This document shows positions 1 to 9,200 of a DNA stretch of 64,000 bases, in pieces. The notes beneath the pieces are model-generated. The model ran no database searches, was not told where the DNA came from, and was given only the letters and a program-made list of their open reading frames with translations. A program made the position numbers and the translations under genes. The stretch is from Candidatus Dormiibacterota bacterium (GTDB lineage: Bacteria > Chloroflexota > Dormibacteria > Aeolococcales > Aeolococcaceae): the NCBI GenBank assembly GCA_035938875.1, contig DASZGL010000069.1, positions 13,056-77,055 on the forward strand, written 5' to 3'. Within the stretch, counting starts at the first letter, position 1; the number at the start of each line of letters is the position of its first letter.

Positions 1-372
1 CCGAGATCGAGGGCGGCTAGACGACGTGGGCGGGACACCTCGGAGGCCGAGTATATCGGGGTTGGGCTCCGGAATAAAGGGGTCTGCGAGGGCAAAACCG
101 CAACATGCTGGGTTTGCCCGCTGAGCACGGCACAATATGTGGCGTGCTGCTGACCGGTCGGTCAGGGGCTCGCGGGCCCTGTCGGCGGGGCCGGTTTGGG
201 GTCCGTTTAGGCACCCGATGAGGGCGGGCAATGGCCCCGGACAGCAAACAGGGCCTCGTCACTGCACCTGGCTGACGAGACCCTGCCGGCTGCGGCCCCT
301 GTCGGGCCGCGATAGCGCAGGGAACGCTAGCACCGGGCGCGCAAGGAGTCCAGCAGCAACCTTGAGCTGGGG

Positions 373-1233
373 TCAGCTGCGGCGGCGCTTCGACCTCGGC
401 CCCGAGCCGTAGTCGCCGAAGGGATCGTCTCGCTCACGCACCGCCTCGCGGAACCCTGCCTGCTGCGCGCGGCGAACGAAGTCGAGACCTTCCTGCGTGT
501 GCCGCGCGATGCCGTCAAACAGTGTGCCCAGCAGACGCGTCGACGACATTCCCATGTTCTCCGCCGTCTGATTGCAGAGCAGCTTGAGCATGATCAGCTG
601 ATTGGTGGGCAGCTGCGCGATGCGACGCGCCAACGACATCGCGTGCTCCTGCAGTCGATCGTCGGCGACAGTCTCGAGCACCATGCCGATGCGCGCCGCT
701 TCTGCTGCGGGGATCTCGTCGCCGGTGAGCAGGTATCGCTTGGCGCGCTCGAGTCCCATGCGATACACCCACATCGCCGTGGTCGGCGCGCCCCACACGC
801 GCGCGGGCGGATACCCGAAGGATGCGCCCTCGCCGGCGATGATGATGTCGGCACAGAGCACCATGTCGGTGCCGCCACCGACGCACCACCCTTGCACAGC
901 GGCGATGGTCGGCTTGCGCGCGTACCACAGTTTCATGTACGTGTCGACGAAGCGGGACATCACCGCCATGTCGGCGACGGAATCCCAGACCCGCTCTGTG
1001 TCACCGCCGCCGAAGTCGCCTGCGGTCGACCAGTCCAGTCCGTAGCCGGCGCAGAATGCCGGACCGTCGGCGCGAAGCAGGATGACGCGCACAGCGTCGT
1101 CGGCGTCGGCCTCGTCGATCGCTTCTGCCAGCTCGTCGCGCAAGGCGATGGTGATGGTGTTGTACTGGTCGGCGCGGCAGAGCACGATGGAGCGGACTCC
1201 GCCGTCGGTCTCGGTGCGCAGCGTCGGCGCCAT
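373..1233 (-). CDS. enoyl-CoA hydratase/isomerase (crotonase) family protein
   Basis: Raw ORF 373..1524 trimmed to the internal ATG at 1231-1233 (MAPTLRTE...). This ATG overlaps the stop of the upstream gene by 1 nt (TGATG). Crotonase-like segments ILLRADGPAFCAGYGL and WCVGGGTDMVLCADIIIAGEGASFGYPPARVWG. The 97 aa N-terminal extension of the raw ORF is Arg-rich alternate-frame sequence. Confidence 0.85.
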   Translation of the reverse strand: MAPTLRTETDGGVRSIVLCRADQYNTITIALRDELAEAIDEADADDAVRVILLRADGPAFCAGYGLDWSTAGDFGGGDTERVWDSVADMAVMSRFVDTYMKLWYARKPTIAAVQGWCVGGGTDMVLCADIIIAGEGASFGYPPARVWGAPTTAMWVYRMGLERAKRYLLTGDEIPAAEAARIGMVLETVADDRLQEHAMSLARRIAQLPTNQLIMLKLLCNQTAENMGMSSTRLLGTLFDGIARHTQEGLDFVRRAQQAGFREAVRERDDPFGDYGSGPRSKRRRS

Positions 1234-2279
1234 CAGGCGGGAGTCACCACGATCTTGCCGTGCTGTTCGCCGGCGGCGAGCCTGGCGAAGGCGTCGCGTG
1301 CCTGGGCCAGGGGCAACACGGCGTCGACGAGGGGATGCAGGTCTGCGGTGCTGCACATCGCAACAAGGTGCTGCAGCTCGCTGCGCGTTCCCATGGTGGA
1401 GCCGAGGATGCTGAGCTGACGCCAGAAGACCCGGCGCAGCTGCGCGGGCGGATCGGCACCTCCCGTGGCACCGGCGACGACGATCGACCCGCCGGCGCGC
1501 ACCGAGCGCAGGCTGAGGTCCCACGTCGGCTCGCCGACGGTCTCGATGACGGCGTCCACTCCGACTCCTCCGGTGAGACGCAACACGTCTTTGTATACGC
1601 TGCGGTCCGGCGCCAGCGCCGCTGTGGCACCGAGGGTGAGCGCGGCTTCGCGTTTGGCCTGATCACGCGAGGTGGCGATCACCGAGATCCCCGCCGCGCC
1701 AGCGAGCAGGATCGTCGCCGTGGCCACGCCACCGGAAGCGCCCTGGACCAGCACGGTCGAGCCGGGCGCCAGGCGGGCGCGGCTGAAAAGCATGCGGTAG
1801 GCGGTGAGGTACGCCGTCGGCAGGCAGGCCGCCTCAGTCGGCGCCATGCCCTCGGGCAGCGGAATGAGGTTGACCGCCGGCACCTCAACGAACTCAGCGA
1901 GCGTCCCCTGGTATTCACCCTCGCCGAGCAGGGAGAAGCTACGGCAGTAGACCTCCTCGCCACCGCGGCAGGCGGAACAGGCCCCGCAGGTGATGACGCT
2001 GTAGGCGACGACCAAAGTCCCCGGCTCGGGCGTTCCCGGCGGACGCTCGGGGCCGTACTCCTCGACGGTTCCCGCGGCGTCGCAGCCGAGGATCAGCGGC
2101 GGAGTCACCGAGAACGCCGAGACCCCGCGAAGGGTGAAAAGGTCGTGGTGGTTGAGGGTCGCCGCAGCCACGCGCACCAGGGCCCAGCCCGGGCGCGGAC
2201 GGGGCGCGGGGAGGTCGCCGACGGCGAGGTTGACGAGCGGATCGCCGCTCTCGAGCGATGCGCAGTACGCCGCGAGCAC
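1233..2279 (-). CDS. zinc-type alcohol dehydrogenase / quinone oxidoreductase (MDR superfamily)
   Basis: Raw ORF 1233..2621 trimmed to the in-frame GTG at 2277-2279, because metF starts divergently at 2340. GroES-like N-terminus (GWALVRVAAATLNHHD), Cys cluster CGACSACRGGEEVYC, Rossmann segment VLVQGASGGVATATILLAGAAG. The start codon is inferred. Confidence 0.8.
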   Translation of the reverse strand: MLAAYCASLESGDPLVNLAVGDLPAPRPRPGWALVRVAAATLNHHDLFTLRGVSAFSVTPPLILGCDAAGTVEEYGPERPPGTPEPGTLVVAYSVITCGACSACRGGEEVYCRSFSLLGEGEYQGTLAEFVEVPAVNLIPLPEGMAPTEAACLPTAYLTAYRMLFSRARLAPGSTVLVQGASGGVATATILLAGAAGISVIATSRDQAKREAALTLGATAALAPDRSVYKDVLRLTGGVGVDAVIETVGEPTWDLSLRSVRAGGSIVVAGATGGADPPAQLRRVFWRQLSILGSTMGTRSELQHLVAMCSTADLHPLVDAVLPLAQARDAFARLAAGEQHGKIVVTPA

Positions 2280-2339
2280 GGACGCGACCGTAGCAGCCAG
2301 GACACGGAATCCGCCTTTTGCCGCACCATTGGCCGCTAC

Positions 2340-3224
2340 ATGCGCATCGACGAGATCCTGAAGACGCGCGGGCCCGTCTTCTCCTTCGAGTTCTTCCCAC
2401 CCGAAACCGACCAGGGAACGGAGAACCTCTTCCGCACCATCGGCGAGCTCCGCGAGCTGGAGCCGTCGTTCGTCTCGGTGACCTGCCGCAATCATTCGCG
2501 GCTGCGGACGCTCGAGCTGGTGACGCGCATCCGCAACGAGCTGGACATCGAGCCGATGGCCCACTACACCTGCGCCGGAGCAACGCGCGCCGAGCTTCAC
2601 GACGTGCTCCGCGGATTGCACGAAGCCGGTATCGACAACGTCCTCGCGCTGCGCGGCGATCCTCCCAAGGGCGAAACCCGATTCACCGCGATAGAGGAGG
2701 GATTCAACTACGGGTCAGAGCTCGCCGCGATGATCCGCGACCAGTACGACTTCTGCGTCGGCGGCGCCTGCTACCCCGAAGGACATACCGAGTCGTCGAG
2801 CCTCGAGGACGACCTGCGCAACACGGTGATCAAGGTGGAGAGCGGCGCGTGCTTCCTCATCACCCAGATGTTCTTCGAGAACAACGCCTACTTCGACTTC
2901 ATCGGACGGGCGCGAGCCGCAGGCATCACCGTGCCCATCATCCCGGGAATCATGCCCATCACCGGACTGGGCCGGCTCTCACGCGAGGACGGAACGCTCT
3001 TCGGCGCGCACGTGCCCGAGGGATTGCTGCATGCGTTGTATCGCGTTGGCGACAACCCCGAGGCGCTGGTGCAGCTCGGGGTCGCCTACGCGACGTTGCA
3101 ATGCGCCGAGCTGCTCGCCGGCGGCGCACCGGGTGTCCACTTCTATACGCTCAACCGCTCGCCCGCAACGCGCGCAATTCTCGCTGCGTTGCGTGCGACG
3201 AAGCCCTGGGAACGCGCTGGGTAA
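2340..3224 (+). CDS. metF: 5,10-methylenetetrahydrofolate reductase
   Basis: ATG at 2340 (MRIDEILKTRGPVFSFEFFPP...). MetF hallmarks FSFEFFPP, FVSVT, ALRGDPP, GGACYPEGH, FLITQMFF and GVHFYTLN. Lies inside raw ORF 1260..3224. Confidence 0.9.
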   Translation: MRIDEILKTRGPVFSFEFFPPETDQGTENLFRTIGELRELEPSFVSVTCRNHSRLRTLELVTRIRNELDIEPMAHYTCAGATRAELHDVLRGLHEAGIDNVLALRGDPPKGETRFTAIEEGFNYGSELAAMIRDQYDFCVGGACYPEGHTESSSLEDDLRNTVIKVESGACFLITQMFFENNAYFDFIGRARAAGITVPIIPGIMPITGLGRLSREDGTLFGAHVPEGLLHALYRVGDNPEALVQLGVAYATLQCAELLAGGAPGVHFYTLNRSPATRAILAALRATKPWERAG

Positions 3225-3242
3225 GTTCCGGAGGTAATCAAC

Positions 3243-3638
3243 GTGAAGCGACTGCTCCTGTCCATCGCGCCAGTGGTGGTGGGAGTGAGTTTGCTGGTCG
3301 GTTGCGGCAGCTCGCCAGCCACTTCGGCAGGCAAGGCGCAGTTCTGTCAGGACGATTCCGTCCTCGACAAGGCCACATTCGGTGTCTCCACCGCGGATGG
3401 CCTTTTGCAAGCCATGAGGGCCAACCAGTCGACCATCGACGACTTCGGCAAGACCGCGCCGCCCGAGATCAACACGGATGCTCAAGCGCTGGTGACTGCA
3501 GCGAAGACCGCCGTCAACTCCAACAGCGCGGCCGGGCTAGCTGACCCGAACCTCCAGGCGGCCAGCAATCGGGTTGACACTTTCTGCGGACTGAACTCAC
3601 ACGGCGATCCGATCGGAAACGCCTCCAGCACAGCCTGA
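3243..3638 (+). CDS. putative lipoprotein
   Basis: GTG start preceded by GGAGG about 9 nt upstream. Signal peptide with lipobox LLVGC (MKRLLLSIAPVVVGVSLLVGCGSS). No recognisable domain. Confidence 0.6.
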   Translation: MKRLLLSIAPVVVGVSLLVGCGSSPATSAGKAQFCQDDSVLDKATFGVSTADGLLQAMRANQSTIDDFGKTAPPEINTDAQALVTAAKTAVNSNSAAGLADPNLQAASNRVDTFCGLNSHGDPIGNASSTA

Positions 3639-3689
3639 GGCACTTCCGGCTGCACCGCGAGTCGCGCTCGCACCCTGGCCTCGGTGCTG

Positions 3690-4001
3690 TTAGGACCTGG
3701 GTGGGCCTGCCTCCGCGACCACCTCGTAGTTCTCAACCGACGAAAAAGTGATCCCAAGGGCCGCGGCTGACGTCGCCCTGAGCTGCTCAGCAGTGGCGGC
3801 ACTGCTGTCCAGCGCCTCCTTGCTCTCGAAGACGGTCACCACCTTTCCGCCGCCGCTGGCCCTGTCCATCAGCCAGAAGCCGCGGCGAAAGCCGGGCAGC
3901 GTGGAGGCACGAGGGATCACGGTCTCCTTGACGTAACGGGCGGCCTCGTCGACCTTGTCCGGGGACCCCTGGACGGTGATGACCCTGGCGAACTCGGGCA
4001 T
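3690..4001 (-). CDS. small alpha+beta (ABM/Dabb-like) protein, function unknown
   Basis: Raw ORF 3690..4049 trimmed to the ATG at 3999-4001 (MPEFARVITVQGSP...), which has GAGGAGG 8 nt upstream. Size (103 aa) and pattern resemble antibiotic-biosynthesis-monooxygenase-like barrels. The family call is tentative. Confidence 0.45.
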   Translation of the reverse strand: MPEFARVITVQGSPDKVDEAARYVKETVIPRASTLPGFRRGFWLMDRASGGGKVVTVFESKEALDSSAATAEQLRATSAAALGITFSSVENYEVVAEAGPPRS

Positions 4002-4213
4002 CGGATTTCCTCCTCGACGGCCGTATTCGGCTGCTGCTCCGCCGGCCACGGATCGTGCAGGTCGTGGTGACCCAGGTCAACCTGCGCACTGCTGTCGCAA
4101 GTTTGGCGGTTTGGGGGTCGTTTTTGATTCGACCGGCGGCGAAGCGCCAGACGGGATGGGCAACGTGCGCCTGGGCCGCCGGTCAGGAGATCAGCTTGCT
4201 GAGACACACGGCC

Positions 4214-4609
4214 ATGGGATCCCTCGTCCTCCTTGGCCTGACCCTGGCCATGGCCGCCTGCGCCTCGGATCCAGACGCGGACGTGCTGTCCGGGCTCGCC
4301 GCGCATGGTCGCGCGTCAGGGTCGGCCAGCCTCCAGGGAGACGTCAGCGGGAATTGGAAGGCGGCCACCGATGAGGCTCCGGTGTGTGGCGCCGGTGAGG
4401 TGAAGATCCCGGTGGTCGGTCCCGCCCAGGGTGACATCGGCTACCTGATCGTCAAGTCGGACAAGTCCATCTGGCTCGACGCCGAGAAGTACGGCGACTT
4501 CTACGGCGACGGCGCTGTCTTCCACGCCAACTCGGGCTTCGTCGTCGATGCCGACATCGCCACCCTGCGAGGCAAGCACGCCCACGTCTCGGGGACGTTC
4601 ACGTGTTGA
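4214..4609 (+). CDS. putative lipoprotein
   Basis: Internal ATG at 4214 of raw ORF 4055..4609 gives MGSLVLLGLTLAMAACASD (signal peptide plus lipobox AMAAC). No recognisable domain. Confidence 0.55.
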   Translation: MGSLVLLGLTLAMAACASDPDADVLSGLAAHGRASGSASLQGDVSGNWKAATDEAPVCGAGEVKIPVVGPAQGDIGYLIVKSDKSIWLDAEKYGDFYGDGAVFHANSGFVVDADIATLRGKHAHVSGTFTC

Positions 4610-5931
4610 GTGAGGCCGGACCCGCCGCGGTGATGACTGCGCCTACGGCAACAGTCGATGGTCAAGCAGCGCACGACCTTGTCGGTCGCGCCGAACGCTG
4701 GCGTGACGCTCGCGAAACTGGACAGGCGCGCCGGCCGTGGCTCACTCGCAATGTCAAGGCCATCTGCCTGGCTGACTTCTTCGCCGATTCCAACTACGAG
4801 ATGGTGCTGGCGGTCCTGCCTCTGTACCTGGTCATTGGCCTCGGCGCTCCAGCCGTCGCCATCGGACTCGTCGAAGGTGTCGCCGACGGCTCATCGGCGG
4901 TCTTCCGGTTTGTCAGCGGCTACTTCAGTGATCGGATCCGGTGGCGTCGCCGGCTGGGCGCCGCCGGGTACGCCCTGACCGGCGGCGGCCTCGGCCTCCT
5001 GGCTCTGGTGACCACCTGGCCGCAGGTGATCGGCGCTCGGACGATCGCTTGGATCGGACGGGGTACCCGCCAGCCGATCCGCTCGGCGGTCATGTCCCAA
5101 GGCATCCCCAAAGAGCACCTCGGCAAGGCGTTCGGGCTGCATGAGGCCGCCGACACCCTGGGCGCCTTTGTCGGCCCGGCGATCGCCTTCTACCTGCTCG
5201 CCACCGGTCACAGCTTCACCACCGTCTTTCTTGTCGCACTGATTCCCGGATTTATCAGCTTTGCTCTGTTCGCCACGCTCACCCGCGATCGTCACGCCGA
5301 GGTGGTCAAGCCCAAACCTCGGTGGGAGCCGATGCCGGCGGGCTACTGGCGGTTGATGACAGCGGTGGCCGCATTCGGGCTGGGTAACTTCGCTCCGGCG
5401 TTCTTCACGCTGCGGGCATTCGAGATGCTTCGTCCCGAGCTAAGCCACGTCGCTGCCACGTCGGGTGCGGTCGCTTTCTTCCTCGGGGTCAACGCGCTCG
5501 GGACGCTCGTCTCGTTCCCGGGCGGGTGGCTGGTGGACCGCATCGGCAGCCGGGTCATGCTGGGAGCCGGATACCTCGCCTTCGCAATGGCCTGCGTCAT
5601 CGCCGCCGCCGGGCACGGACCAGCCGCGCTGGTCCTCGTGGCCGTCGCGCTTGCCGTGAGCCAGCCGCTGGTCAGCGCGACCGAGAACGCGGCCGTCGGG
5701 GCGATGGTCGACGAGGGTCGGCGGGGCACCGCCTTCGGCTTTCTCGCCGGAATCAATGGCCTCGGCGACCTCGTCTCCAGCGTCGTCGTGGGTGTCCTCT
5801 GGACCTACGTCGGCGCCGCCGCGGGACTCGCGTACGGTGCCGTGCTCGGCCTGCTGAGCGTGGTGCTCCTCTCGGTGCTGGTCGGTCCCAAGCCCGCCTC
5901 TGCCGCCGCCAATCAAGGGCGGCTTCATTGA
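4603..5931 (+). CDS. MFS transporter
   Basis: 442 aa ORF with about 12 hydrophobic segments and an MFS-like loop motif GYFSDRIRWRRR between TM2 and TM3. Overlaps the upstream lipoprotein stop by 7 nt. Start is GTG 4603 or ATG 4633. Confidence 0.8.
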   Translation: MLSEAGPAAVMTAPTATVDGQAAHDLVGRAERWRDARETGQARRPWLTRNVKAICLADFFADSNYEMVLAVLPLYLVIGLGAPAVAIGLVEGVADGSSAVFRFVSGYFSDRIRWRRRLGAAGYALTGGGLGLLALVTTWPQVIGARTIAWIGRGTRQPIRSAVMSQGIPKEHLGKAFGLHEAADTLGAFVGPAIAFYLLATGHSFTTVFLVALIPGFISFALFATLTRDRHAEVVKPKPRWEPMPAGYWRLMTAVAAFGLGNFAPAFFTLRAFEMLRPELSHVAATSGAVAFFLGVNALGTLVSFPGGWLVDRIGSRVMLGAGYLAFAMACVIAAAGHGPAALVLVAVALAVSQPLVSATENAAVGAMVDEGRRGTAFGFLAGINGLGDLVSSVVVGVLWTYVGAAAGLAYGAVLGLLSVVLLSVLVGPKPASAAANQGRLH

Positions 5932-5993
5932 GTTCTTTGACGCGGTACGCTACCGTCCCGCGCCGCAACCGCCTCTAGGACAAGGAGAGAGAC

Positions 5994-6158
5994 GTGGACT
6001 TCATGGAGAAGTGGTTCAACGTCGACCCGGACAAGGGCAGCGGGCTGTTCGAGCTGGCCATCATCGTCTTCCTGGTGATCGCGGTCAGCATGCTCGTCCT
6101 TCGTGCCCGCAGCCGTCGCGCGGCCGCCCGGATTCGCAACCGCGACGAGAGGGCCTGA
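5994..6158 (+). CDS. small single-pass membrane protein (54 aa), not in the ORF track
   Basis: AAGGAGAG at 5982-5989 followed by GTG 5994 (or ATG 6003). Translation is VDFMEKWFNVDPDKGSGLFELAIIVFLVIAVSMLVLRARSRRAAARIRNRDERA, with one clear TM helix and a basic tail. TGA at 6156-6158. Co-directional with the STAND gene 83 nt downstream. Confidence 0.4.
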   Translation: MDFMEKWFNVDPDKGSGLFELAIIVFLVIAVSMLVLRARSRRAAARIRNRDERA

Positions 6159-6240
6159 CGCGCGGCTCGGCTCTAGTCGCGCCCTCCGGGCGGGGACACA
6201 CAGACAACAAGGGTCCCCCGCCGTCAATCATTAACTCGTC

Positions 6241-9200
6241 GTGGATCCGGACAGCTCGCGGAACGACGATCCCGTCGCCCCTGCTGAGAAGGGCGACGGC
6301 GATGCGTCCCGCGGCCGTTCGGCGCAAGGCGCCTTCGTGGGTCGCGACACGGAGATGAGTCAGGCGCTGGCCGTCCTCGAGGACGTGCTGGCGCAGCGGG
6401 GGCGGCTTCTGCTCATCGCGGGTGAGGCCGGTATCGGCAAGAGCCGGATGGCGGATGAGCTCGCGACGCGCGCGGAGAAGCGAGGGTTCGAGGTCGTCTG
6501 GGGCCGCTGCTGGGAGGCTGGAGGTGCGCCAGTCTACTGGCCGTGGGCCCAATCCCTTCGTTCTCTCATTCGCAATCAGGGTGCAGAAGCGCTTCGCGCG
6601 CACATGGGCTCGGGAGCGATCGAGCTGGCCCAGCTGTTGCCCGAGATTCGCGGCCATCTGGGTGAGATTCCGACTTCGCCCACCCTTGACCCCGACGCAG
6701 CGCGCTTCAGGCTGTTCGATTCGGCCACGTACTTTCTGAAGAACTCGGCCGCGGTACGGCCGATCATGCTGGTCCTCGACGACCTCCAAGTCGCTGACAC
6801 GCCATCTCTTCTGCTGCTGCGATTCGTGGCGGGTGCGCTCACCGACGACCGAATCCTCTTGCTCGGCACCTATCGCGATACCGAGTTGGGGCCAGAACAG
6901 GCCTTATCACCGACCCTCAGAGAATTGGCGCGCGAGCCAGCCGTACGCCGCGTCAGCCTTCGGGGCTTGCTTGCGGCCGACGTACCGCGCTTCATCGAGG
7001 CGACCACGGGATTCACCCCGCAGGAGAGCTTGGTGCGAACGGTGCACGAACAGACGGGGGGCAATCCGCTGTTCCTTCAGGAGGTCACGAGGCTGCTCCT
7101 GGAGGTCGGGCGGCTGGACCGAGAATTCGACTCGGAAGCAAGGATCGCCATCCCTCAGAGCGCCAGAGAAGTCGTCGCGCAGCGCCTCAAGCCGCTTTCA
7201 GGCGACTCGCGCGATTTGCTCATGCTTGCCTCAATCCTGGGACGCGAGTTCAGCCTCGATGCGTTGAGCCGCTTGGTCGACCGACCCCTCGATGACATCT
7301 TTGAATTGCTCGGACAGCCACTTGCGTCAAGAGTGGTCACAGATGTGCCGGGCAGCAGGATGCGGCTGCGCTTCTCCCATGTTGTGATCCGCGAGGGCCT
7401 GTACGACGACATCCCACGGGCTCGGCGGATGCAACTCCATCGGCTGGCCGGGGATGTCTTCGAGGGTCTGTACGCAGAGGATCTCGAGCCACATCTGGCG
7501 GAGCTCGCGCACCACTTCTTCGAAGGCGCCGCCGAAGGGCATGTCGAAAAGGCGATCGAGTACGCCCGGAGAGCTGGCGAGAACGCGGTCTCCCTCCTGG
7601 CGTATGAAGAAGCTGTCCGCCTGTACCGGATGGCCCTTCGGGGCCTCGAGTTGCGCATTACCGCGGCGCCCCAAGAGCGCTGTGAATTGCTGCTCGCGCT
7701 GGGCGACGCCCAGGCGCGGGCCGGTGACGAGGCCGGGAGGAAACAGACCTTCCTCGAGGCGGCCAAGCTCAGCGAAAGCCTCGGCCTGAGCGACCAGCTG
7801 GCGCGTGCGGCTCTCGGCTACGGCGGACGACTCGTTCATGTCCGTGCCGGCGGCGATGCCCACGTGATCCCGCTGCTCGAAGGTGGCCTCGCAGCTGTTG
7901 GCAAGAGCGACAGTGTGCTCAGAGCCAGGATCCTGGCTAGGTTGGCGGGGGCACTTCGGGATGACCCATCACCCGAACCGAGGGAATCATTGGCCAGGGA
8001 AGCAGTCGAATTGGCGCGACGGCTTGGGGATCCCGCAGCGCTCGCCTACACCCTCGAGGGCTTGCATGCGGCGCTCTGGAAACCTGACAACCAGCAGGAA
8101 CGGCTCGCAATCGCCAGCGAGATGGTCGCGCTAGGTCTTGAGGCGATGGACCGGGAGCGGCTCATGATTGGCCACCAGAACCAGGCCCTCGTTTTCCTGG
8201 AGCTCGGCGACATTCCGTCCGTATACCAGGAGCTTGACGCGGTGGACCGCGTCGAGGAGGAGCTCCGCCAGCCGGCTCACAGCTGGGTGCCGATCGCCAC
8301 GCGGGCTGAGCTTGCGTTGTTGGAGGGAAGGTTCGACGACGCAGAGCCGTTGATAGATGAAGCCTTTCGGCTGCGCGGGCGGACGAACCGTTCCGACGCG
8401 ATCGAGGGCCACACCGTCCAGCTGTTCCAGCTGCGCAGAGAGCAGGGACGGCTCAAGGAAATAGAGCACCTCCTTCAGGCATCCGCTCGAGAGTTCACGT
8501 GGTATCCGATGCTTCGGTGCGCGCTGGCCGCCCTCCACTGCGAGCTGGGGCGTGAGACACAGGCACGCGCCGAATTCGAGGAACTCGCGGCTGAAGACTT
8601 CGCCGGCATCCCTTTCGACAACAAGTGGTTGTTCAGCGTGGCGCTGCTGGGTGAGATCGCATACTTCCTGGGCGACGATCCACGTGCCAGAACGTTGTAC
8701 GAGCGCTTGTTGCCATACGCAGATTTGACCGCGGTGGCGGGAGGCGACGTCTGCCCAGGGTCAATGTCGCGCTATCTCGGACTGTTGACCGCCGTGATGT
8801 TGCGCACCGATGAAGCGGCGGGTCACTTCGAAGCGGGACTTCGTAGCAACGAGCGAATGGGAGCGCGACCTTCCCTGGCGCGCACCCAGCACGACTTCGC
8901 CGTGATGCTCGTCAAGCGCGCCGGACACGGGGACAAGCGTCTGGCGGTCCGTCTCCTCGGCGATGCTCATCGCACGTGCGTGGAGCTGGGCATGCCGGCG
9001 CTGCAAACCAAGATCGCCGATCTGCTCGCGGATTTGGGGGTCGTGGCGTCTGCCGCGCAGATCGAGACTTCGGATTCGATGCCTCGCTCCCTCACGGACG
9101 GAACCCTGCGGCTGGAGGGCGAGTACTGGACGATCGGCTACGAGGGGAAGGTGTCGCGTCTCCGAGACAGCAAAGGCCTGCGTGTTCTAGCCCGCCTCCT

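Noticed and set aside
1-20. Possible 3' end of a plus-strand gene (…EIEGG-TAG) at the window start.
   Set aside because: Only 6 codons are visible, so the call cannot be supported. It is used only to describe the following spacer as probably convergent.
1234-1524. N-terminal extensions of raw ORFs. Examples are 373..1524, 1233..2621, 15329..16693, 16282..17355, 18577..19821, 20944..23268, 35746..36924, 57040..58773, 58539..59303 and 61989..63806.
   Set aside because: The extensions run through the upstream gene in another frame and are Arg/Pro-rich. In each case an internal ATG or GTG coincides with the upstream stop (coupled junction) and with the start of homology-like sequence.
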